Virus record (IMG/VR): IMGVR_UViG_3300036832_000855 | Coordinates: 58,420-122,419 of that record | Source of the DNA: a virus | Strand: one strand, 5' to 3' | DNA length: 64,000 bases | Shown: in pieces, positions 56,331 through 64,000 of the stretch | How the letters are laid out: every line of letters begins with the position of its first letter | Numbering within the stretch: position 1 is the first letter of the stretch | Made by a program: the position numbers and the translations under genes | Notes under the pieces: generated by a model | The model's input: the letters and a program-made list of their open reading frames with translations, nothing else | What the model was told of the DNA's origin: nothing | The model's database searches: none

Positions 56331-57053
56331 TCACTTCGCCAGCACGGATGACGCCGACGCGTAGACGGCCTGGCTCGTGTTGTTGCCCAGGACCACGCCC
56401 GTGTTGCTGGTCTGCGTGACGCCCCAGCTCTGCGGCTGCGGCCCAGGCGCCAGCGTGCGGTAGCTGCCGGATCCGCCGAACACCCGGTCGGTGAACAGGT
56501 CGGCTTCGGCCTCGGTCGCCGAACCGATGCCGCGATTGCGTTTCCGCTCGTCCGGCATCACGATGCCGGTGTCCCTCAGAAAGGGCGCACCACCACCGTC
56601 AGCCGGTCGAGCTTCCCGTTCGAGACCAGCTCGTCGGGGATCGCGCGCGCAGCAAGCAACTGCGCCTGCTCGGGGTCGCGCGCGAGCGTGGCCGTCAGCG
56701 GCACGACGATCTGGGCCTCGTCGATCACCTCGTCGTCCTTGTCACGCTTCTCCTGCAGGATCACGGCGTACTCGTAGAGCTGCATGTCAGCCCTCCTCGG
56801 GTTGGGGTTGATGGACTTCGGTTGCTTCCTCGCGCCGGGCGATCAGCATCTCCGCGGCGCCCTTGCCGACCAGCGAACGAAGCGCCTCGTCGCTCGCGCC
56901 GCACAGCCGAATCAGCAGCTCGACGTTCCAGCCGGTCTCGGTCCACTGCACGTCGACCGCCGGTGACAGCAGGCCGCTCATGTCGAGCCCGGCGAGCGCC
57001 TTGGTGTCCGTCGCCCAGTCGTACACGTCACGTGGGTCGATCGCCTCGTGCAT
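56331..57053 (-). other. Small hypothetical CDSs (56331-56561, 56576-56785, 56787-57053)
   Basis: Packed ORFs with ribosome-binding sites. Confidence 0.55.
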
Positions 57054-57558
57054 TGCGCCTCCATTCTGCAACGAGGTGCGGATCCTGCACTTCCCAGAGG
57101 TGGAGGACGTGGGGATGCACGTTGACCCAGAAGCTCCGCGGTGGCATCGGGATGCAGAAGACCACTCCCGGCCGCAAGTCGTGCGCGGCCGCGACTAACT
57201 CCTCCCACGTCGGGATGCGATCCGGCCCGGACAACGAGATGTGCCAGCGCGGGTCGCCCTTGACGACCGGCTCGCGGCCGATCAGCGCCCGCAGACCGCC
57301 CTTCTCGAACGCGTCCGGCGGCGGGACGTCGGCCGGGTACTGCTTGCGCCACGCCTCGTTGAAGCTCTCGGGCATCGACGCCGGATGCCAGCCGTTCCGG
57401 CTCACCGGGCGAATCGCCCCCCATTCGTAAGCTCGTCCAAGCGTCGCATGACGCGCTCCGCAGTCTCGGCGTCCTCGATCGTGGCGTATTCGTCGACCCA
57501 CTGGGCGAGTGCGTTCTGAACGACGCGTGCCTCGTCGCTCGTCAGAGTCAACGTCCAA
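57028..57558 (-). CDS. DUF7694-like phage protein (start uncertain)
   Basis: WHISLS...RIPTWEEL...PP...VNVHPHVLHLW. Confidence 0.65.
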   Translation of the reverse strand: MDVDSDERRGTRRSERTRPVGRRIRHDRGRRDCGARHATLGRAYEWGAIRPVSRNGWHPASMPESFNEAWRKQYPADVPPPDAFEKGGLRALIGREPVVKGDPRWHISLSGPDRIPTWEELVAAAHDLRPGVVFCIPMPPRSFWVNVHPHVLHLWEVQDPHLVAEWRRNARGDRPT

Positions 57559-57574
57559 TCTTCGGATTGGCTCA

Positions 57575-59317
57575 TCAGGGAGCCTCCTCTCCCGCGACCG
57601 CTCGCACGTCGTCAGCCCACGCCTTCAAGTCGCTCGCGTGCCGCCGCAACTCGTCAGGCGCGAACTCGCGGCCATCCGCCAGCAGGCCGAGAAGCGCGAC
57701 GATGACCCGCGCCTCCGTGTTGCCCCGAATCAAAAGCCGTTCTTGCACCCGGACCTCCTCCTCGGCGCTACGAATTCGACCGCCGCTGTGGCCCAAGTCA
57801 GGCATATGCCGCCTCCCGACATTGGATGCGCAGCGCAACCGCGTCCTCCCGGCGCATGTAGCCCAGGCCACGCGGGCAGTAGCGCTCGAAGTGCGCCGCG
57901 CAGAGCGCGTAGCCCCGTCGGTCCTCGGGGCCACCCCCAGGCGCAAAGACGCACTTGTGCCACGGGTTGAACACCGAGATCGCCTCCGCTGCGGGCTCGT
58001 GGCAGAGCTTGTGGCAGCACTCCTGCGGCGCAAGAGGTCGACCGCCGCTTTGATTCGGATCCTTGCGCGCAGCAGATGACGACGCCCGGTTCGGCTCCGC
58101 CGCCGTTCTAGGCTGGCCCCGACCCTCCTCGGCTCCGCTGTCTGCCGCGCCGTCATGGCCGCGCGCAAGCTCGCTCGAAACCCCGCCTTGGCTCGGATCA
58201 GGCATCGTCGAACTCCTTGCGTTCCTCGGCCTCGTGGTAAGCCACGTCGGACAATGCTTCCTCGGCGGCCTGCTGGATCGCATCGTTCTCGGGGATGCTG
58301 CGACCCTCTGCCTCGTCGGTGTCGTGATGCCATCTGCTCTGCCACGCCCACACCCATCGCCCGTCTGGCGTCATGCGACTGACGCGGTGCAGCAGTTTGC
58401 CGTCAACCGTTCGTGACGTTTCGGATCGGCTCAGATCAGGCATCGGGAGCCTCCGTCGCTCGAAAGGGGTCAACGATCGGCCAAGGTCCGCAGCGATAGC
58501 AGCCGCAGATCGTCGCGATCGTGGGCGGATCGGCTAGCGAGTACAGCTCATCCTCGTCGCACCGTGGGCAGTAAGGCCAGCCGTCAGGCCGCCAGCGTCG
58601 ATAACCAAGCCTTCCTGACGTTTCGGATTGGCTCACGGTCACGTGTCGCCCTCGCAGCCCCGGCGGAACGCCTGCGTCTCCGGGTCGTAGCGATACCAGC
58701 ACACCACGTCGGCGAGCGGCATGTCGCCGCGCCACTCGTCGGTCACGCCGGTCGGCCGGTGGCAGTGCTGGCACTCGCCGCCGTCGGCGAGCTGGTCGCA
58801 CAGCCGCATGACGGCCTCGACCGGATTCATCGCCGCCGCCGCCTCGAACGCCTGGCGGCCGGGCTTGTTCTTCGCAACCGGACGGCCGCTCGGCCCGAGG
58901 TGATACTCGGCGACGGCCATCCACACCACCGGCTGCTCGTCGTCGGAGTAGCGGATCTGGAAGCTCGTGGCGCCGGTGCGCCCGATGAACTTGGCGCCCG
59001 CGGCCAGGCGCGGATCGTCAGTCGGCGGTGTCTTCATCGGGCTCGGGCTCGTCGTCGAAGCCGCAGTCGTCGCAGACCGTGTCGTCCGCCGCGATGTGGC
59101 CACCGCACTCCGGGCATTTGCGGCACAGCGGCAGACCCATCTGCGCGAACTCGGGGTCCTCGCAGATGTAGCAGCCCTCCCGGTGGATCACCGGCGTCGA
59201 GGTGAAGCTGTCGGTCAGCAGCACGTGGGCCAGGTCGTCCGGCCTGGTCCAGGGACCGAGGCCACGCTCGCGGCGCTGCTCGTCGGTCAGTAGCCAGCGG
59301 GGATCCGGTTCGCTCAT
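57575..59317 (-). other. Cassette of small, mostly Cys/Zn-motif hypothetical CDSs
   Basis: For example 57798-58205, 58198-58443, 58639-59036 (CQHC) and 59018-59317 (CYIC, CPEC, CDDC). Confidence 0.55.
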
Positions 59318-59458
59318 GCCTCGACCCTAGCACACGTCGGGAGCCAGTCGCCGGACGTGGATCTCGCTCTTTGCGGACTTTTCGAGCGCACGACTTGACA
59401 CTTCTCGGCTTATCACTCCTTCGTACTAGGTGGAAGGGCAAACGACCGAGGAGACCCC

Positions 59459-59740
59459 ATGATCACCATCACCGAGACCGTCATCAAGCCGCGCAAGGGG
59501 CTGCTCGAACCCACCTACGTGCGCTACCTCATCCGGCCGCTGCAGGTGCGGCGCTTCGAGCCGGTCCTCCTAGGTGAGCGCCACGGCATCACGCCGGTGC
59601 GCCACAGACTTCGCCCGCAGGTCGCTGCCCTGTACGGGACCAACGCCAGCCCCCGTGACCGGATGCGGCACGACTACCGCTGGCGTGGACGGAAGAACCC
59701 GACGGGCCGCTACACCGCGATCGACCCGCGCCAGCGATAG
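59459..59740 (+). CDS. Basic hypothetical protein
   Basis: CGACCGAGGAG ribosome-binding site; upstream TTGACA-N11-TATCAC. Confidence 0.65.
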   Translation: MITITETVIKPRKGLLEPTYVRYLIRPLQVRRFEPVLLGERHGITPVRHRLRPQVAALYGTNASPRDRMRHDYRWRGRKNPTGRYTAIDPRQR

Positions 59741-59988
59741 GGCAGTTGGCAGGGGCGCGTATCTGCCTCACCAACGCGCACAACCCCTCACCTGGGGAAC
59801 TTTCTCACCAACCGGTCAGCACTCTGACCGGTTCGCTCTCAAGCTCGACAGGCTGCCTGCCGATAATGCGCTCGAACGTCACGGGGCAGACGGTGGGCGG
59901 GTCGGCAGTAGGGGACAACCGACCCGCCCGGGCCAGCGTCGTGCTGACGGGAAGTAACGGTCCTCTTAGGGCCGGACGTCTGCGCAGC

Positions 59989-61208
59989 TCACAGCAACTC
60001 CTCGTATGGTGGGGAGCTGCGATGCCGCTCGACCCCGCCCGCGACCGCCTTCAACGCCACCGGCAGCGTCTTGCCCTGGCCGATGTTGAGCGCCTGACGC
60101 TTCGCGTACTTGCGCTCCTGTCGGCGCAGCGTCACGAACCACGCGCCGCCCGGAGCACCCGGCCGGTGGTCGACGTCGATCGTCCAGCTCGGGTAGGCGT
60201 CAGGCATGGAAGACGCCGTCTCGCAGGTAGTTCGCCGCCACGATCGTGAACGAGTAGCGCTTCTCGCCGATCCACTCGACGGCGCCCTCCAGCGCCTCTC
60301 GCAGCTCCGCGTCCGGCCGGTCACCCTGCAGCGCGTAGCCCGGCTCGCTGTTGCGCTGGTGGCGCAGCCAGTTGCGGAGATTGTCGACGGCCAACTCCTG
60401 CGTGATCACGACCCGCTCGCAAGCGCCCGGCGCACCTGCTCGTCCGCCTGCATCGCCCCTCCGAACCGCGCCCAGAACGCGCCCGCGAGCCGCGCCAGCT
60501 CCTGCATCTTCTCGCCGCCGAACGCCGACGTGAACACGACATCGGCCGCGTACTCCGGTGGGTTCGGGACGACCAGCGCGTGCGTGGCCGCGCTCGGCGG
60601 AAGGCGCGCGCGCTGGCCGAACGCGACCTCGATCCCGGCGCGGCCGCCGCGGCGCCACAGGTTGCCGCCCGCGGCGCCGTTGACCCGCTCGATCGCGTGG
60701 TCGGCGCAGAACTTCTCCCACTCGTCCAGGCTCACGACCGTGTCGGTGAAGTGGATGATCGCGTGCTGCATCACGCCGACCTGTCCGGCGGGATTTCCAG
60801 CGGGGCGCGCAGCTCCGTCTTGTGCGCGAGCACGTCGACGCCGACCGCCGACAGCAGCCTGCAGACGAGCACCTCGGCCCGGTCCTGGACGGCGATCTCG
60901 TGCTCGGGTCCGGCCGCGGGCGGGTCCAGGTTGATCGTCATGTTGAGCGGCGCATACGCCTCGACGAGCACTCGCTGCGCCTGCGTGCTCTGATCGGCTC
61001 TCACCCGGACTACCGCCCAGCGGGCCACCGTCCTACAGCGTCACTCGGCGTCCTCGGGCGCGTCCGGCGTGACTGCCGACTCGGGCGGCGGCTCCGGGCC
61101 TGGGTCGTCCGACTCGGGTGGCGGCGTCGGACCGGGATCGTCGGGCTCGGGCGGCGGCACGGGATCCGGCGTCATTGGCTCGTCACGATCGGGGGGCGTC
61201 TCGGTCAT
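59989..61208 (-). other. Small hypothetical CDSs (59989-60207, 60200-60409, 60406-60774, 60771-61028, 61041-61208 Pro/Asp-rich)
   Basis: Chained overlapping ORFs. Confidence 0.55.
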
Positions 61209-61231
61209 CGGTCTCCTCTTCGGTTGGGTGG

Positions 61232-61882
61232 TCATCCGCGCGCTTGCGCGTGGTAGGCGTGCGGAGCTTGCCACGCCCGCCGGGTTGTGAGCGGGCCGGG
61301 GCTGTTCACGCTGTTGCCCCACTTGCCGGGGAAGCTGGCCCAGTCACCGAACTCCATCCAGCGGATCGGCACCTCGCCCATCCGGCCGTCCGCGACGTCG
61401 GTCACGTCCCGGTGCGTCGTCGGGTAGTTCGCGTGCGAGTCGCGCGCCACGAACACCGCCGGTTTGCCCTCGGGCATCAGCTCCGTGCTCCAGAACTCCT
61501 TCTTCTCGCCGCCGCCGTGCTGCGAGAACGTCATCAGGATCGGAACGTTCCCCTCGGCGTCGCGGCAGCCGAGCTGGACCATCTCCCAGTCGCCTTCGTG
61601 CTCGCCTACCCCGGCGTACTTCTTCGGGTTGTACAGGTACCACAGCCAGAACTGGTGCCACCACAGCGAGCCGCCGGTGGCGACGCGGTGGTAGCCGACC
61701 GGGTTGTCGTTGACCGGGCGCATGTCCTTCGGGAAGTCGATCCGGCTGTCCGCGTTGCCGGTCAGCTCGTCGAGGCTCGTGATCCTCGTCTCGCCGATCT
61801 TCGCGCCGCGGAGGATGATCGTCTCGACCGGGCTCGGCAGCCACTTCTCACCGCTGTCGAAGACCAGCGCCGGTGTGATCAC
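61232..61882 (-). CDS. Vps62/DUF946 (NPP1-related) domain protein
   Basis: P.LVFDSGEKWLP, QFWLWYLYN, GEHEGDWE, SQHGGG, VFVARDSHANY, FPGKWG. Confidence 0.75.
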   Translation of the reverse strand: MITPALVFDSGEKWLPSPVETIILRGAKIGETRITSLDELTGNADSRIDFPKDMRPVNDNPVGYHRVATGGSLWWHQFWLWYLYNPKKYAGVGEHEGDWEMVQLGCRDAEGNVPILMTFSQHGGGEKKEFWSTELMPEGKPAVFVARDSHANYPTTHRDVTDVADGRMGEVPIRWMEFGDWASFPGKWGNSVNSPGPLTTRRAWQAPHAYHAQARG

Positions 61883-62196
61883 ACCCGCCGCCAGCCCTTG
61901 TACGGGACGCGCTCGACCAGGCCGCGATCCGCGAGCGCGTACAGGCTCGCGGTCAGCCCGTCCTTCGACATCTCCAGCTCGCGCGCGAGCGCGGTCGCGG
62001 AGATCAGCTCGTCGCCCATCGCAGCGAGCACCTGCTCGTGGCGCTGGCTCGTCGGCAGATCCTTCGCGACCCGCTTGCGAGTCGAGCGGGTGATGCCGAC
62101 GTGCTTCGGGCTCGGGTCCGGCTGCACTGGGATGCGGGCGCGTTGCATGGCGTGGGTGTGGTGGCCCTGGGCGTTCTGCCCGACCTTGATCGTCAT
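61879..62196 (-). CDS. Winged HTH protein
   Basis: ISATALARELEM...LYALADRGLVE..KGW. Confidence 0.7.
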   Translation of the reverse strand: MTIKVGQNAQGHHTHAMQRARIPVQPDPSPKHVGITRSTRKRVAKDLPTSQRHEQVLAAMGDELISATALARELEMSKDGLTASLYALADRGLVERVPYKGWRRV

Positions 62197-62367
62197 GCTG
62201 GCCCCCGGTTCACCACGTCGCGCTCCTCGGCTTCCCGGGCGTTACCGCGCTTCTGCTGTCCAGCATGGCGCCCGGACGTTACCCGCTCCAGCGGCTGGGA
62301 TGTGATCCGGTTCTCGCTCTTTGCGGCGAATACGTCGTGAGCTACCTGGTCGGCGCGCGAGCCAATC

Positions 62368-62778
62368 TCATAACTCGCGCGCCGACGCCAACGCGACCGG
62401 CTGCCCGCACTTCTGGCAGCGAGGCTCACCGCCGCCTGCCGCGGCCGCGATCAGAAGCTCCGGTTCGAGGACGTGATGCTGCCCGCCAGCCGGACACTGC
62501 AAACCGTCCAGTGCAACCAGGCCCAGCTTCGCGAGCGACACGCCCGGGGGCATGCCGGAAGGCTACCCGCTGCTCGCCTCCGCGACCTCGTGCTCCCAGG
62601 GAATGGTGTCGTGGTCCTCGGCGCGCGTAACCTTGCAGCTCGCCCTGACCGCCACGATCTCGGTCCCGTCCGCCCCGGTGTACACGTCCACGTCGTCGAT
62701 GCTGAAGCTCGCCAGCTCGCAGCCCTGCTGCTTGGCGATCAGTTCCGCGGCGCCCATTGCAATCTCGGTCCAGCTCAT
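62368..62778 (-). other. Two small hypothetical CDSs (62368-62553, 62563-62778)
   Basis: Short ORFs, one with a CQKC motif. Confidence 0.5.
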
Positions 62779-62910
62779 GATCGAAGCCTCGCTTAGTACA
62801 GCTTATGTGCTGAGCGATCCCCGACGCGCCCTCGCCCGGTGATTCCTAACACTGCGTACATACCCGGTTGTCGCGAGTATGTCACCCGCTGAGGACGATT
62901 CCGTGAACGC

Positions 62911-63111
62911 TCAGGTCTCGGTCGGGTCGATCAGCAGGCGCTGGCCCCGGCCCATCCCGAGCCCTACGCCGTAGGTCTCGAAGCACGGCGAGCACATGTA
63001 CGCCCAAGGCCCCATGCGGGTCTTGCCGTCCACGTACGCCGGACGCTCCTTGCACAGGTCGCAGGGCGGACGCTTGGTGAGCACGTCGGTGGCGGTGTTG
63101 TCGTACTTCAT
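62911..63111 (-). CDS. Small Zn-binding phage protein
   Basis: CDLC..AYVDGKT.MGPWAYMCSPC...GLGMGRGQRL. Confidence 0.7.
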   Translation of the reverse strand: MKYDNTATDVLTKRPPCDLCKERPAYVDGKTRMGPWAYMCSPCFETYGVGLGMGRGQRLLIDPTET

Positions 63112-63761
63112 CAGCTCACCACCCGCGCTTCGCCGTCGAGGCCGATGAACAGGATCGTGCCCAAGCCGGGATTCCGGCCCGTGCGGTCCAGCTTCGCCAG
63201 CCGCTTCGCCTCGACCCAGGCGTTGTCGCGCTCGCGGACGCCGTTTATGCGGCCGGGCTCCAGCTCGTGGATCAGGACACCGGCCTTGTGCTCGCGCACC
63301 TGCGCACCGATCCGCTCGAACTCGTCGTCGGTCAGGTAGTCGTCGCCGAGCGTGCGGTCGCCGTGCAGCAGGCCGCCGGTCAGCGGCGGACCGCCCATCC
63401 CGGTGGTCGAGCGAACGACGAACTGGCGCGCCGGTGTCGTGCGGCGCGCCTTCGCGTCTTCGAGCGTCAGCCCGTCGATCCGGACGATGCCGCCGGTGCC
63501 GATGAAGTTCGCGCGCTCGTTGCCGTCCCACTTGACGCCGACGCGGACCAGGCCCTGGCCCATGACACGGCGGACCTTGTCGCGGCCGTACCAGACGATC
63601 GTGCCCTCACGGCCGGTCTTTAGACGCCGGACGCGCGTGCCGATCGCGTAGTGCCGCTTCAGGGCGGCGTTGTGGGCGATCTCGGCGCGGCGCGCGTCCG
63701 GGGTGTTCATCTTCTCGCGCAGGCCGTCTCGCGCGGCTGCTCGGCGCTTCGAGGCGGTCAT
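63111..63761 (-). CDS. Hypothetical protein with an SH3/Tudor-like N-terminal part
   Basis: IGTRVR...GTIV...VGVKWD. Confidence 0.6.
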   Translation of the reverse strand: MTASKRRAAARDGLREKMNTPDARRAEIAHNAALKRHYAIGTRVRRLKTGREGTIVWYGRDKVRRVMGQGLVRVGVKWDGNERANFIGTGGIVRIDGLTLEDAKARRTTPARQFVVRSTTGMGGPPLTGGLLHGDRTLGDDYLTDDEFERIGAQVREHKAGVLIHELEPGRINGVRERDNAWVEAKRLAKLDRTGRNPGLGTILFIGLDGEARVVS

Positions 63762-63949
63762 GCGACCATCTCGATCAGGCTGTCGAGCGCGTTCAGGCGG
63801 CGGGCGATCTCGGCGTCGCTCGGCTCGTGAATGTCCTCACCGGCGGCGGCGCGCAGGTCGCGGGACAGGCCCAGCGCGTAGTTCGAGATCCCGGCCTCCA
63901 GCACGTCGGCTGCGCGGCGCAGAAGCTCAGCGCTCACTTGCACAGTCAT
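63758..63949 (-). CDS. Hypothetical protein
   Basis: Start MTVQVSA with CGACCGAGAGGAG ribosome-binding site. Confidence 0.55.
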   Translation of the reverse strand: MTVQVSAELLRRAADVLEAGISNYALGLSRDLRAAAGEDIHEPSDAEIARRLNALDSLIEMVA

Positions 63950-64000
63950 CGGAACTCCTCTCGGTCGGGAACTGGAAGGCTCTCGCCCTCCACCCATAGG

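Overview
This is a 64-kb, GC-rich segment of a tailed dsDNA bacteriophage with a contractile (myovirus-type) tail. The host is probably actinobacterial, and several secreted genes look Thermoleophilia/Solirubrobacterales-like (inference). Almost all real genes are on the minus strand. Bases 1-24.5 kb are a virion operon: prohead protease/scaffold, decoration protein, Mu gpT-like major capsid, neck, sheath, tube, tail chaperone with a -1 frameshift, tape measure with lysozyme and NlpC/P60 domains, LysM and XkdQ-like hub, and three fibre genes, one a tandem C1q-like array missed by the ORF track. Bases 24.5-64 kb are small accessory-gene cassettes, many driven by a repeated SigA-like promoter with a palindromic operator in its spacer, interleaved with displaced virion-type genes. 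The standout signals are: (1) putative head-packaged cargo proteins sharing an LHPRGRxGKW tag and LxE(A/S) protease-like sites, including a 929-aa Zeta-kinase plus RelA/SpoT-like fusion; (2) a tRNA-Glu flanked by two aberrant tRNA-like RNAs and an HNH gene; (3) an Rpf-like/RlpA-like muralytic pair behind a leader partly resembling the c-di-AMP riboswitch. No terminase, portal, integrase, polymerase, CRISPR array or reverse transcriptase was recognised. All domain calls come from reading motifs by eye; no searches were run.
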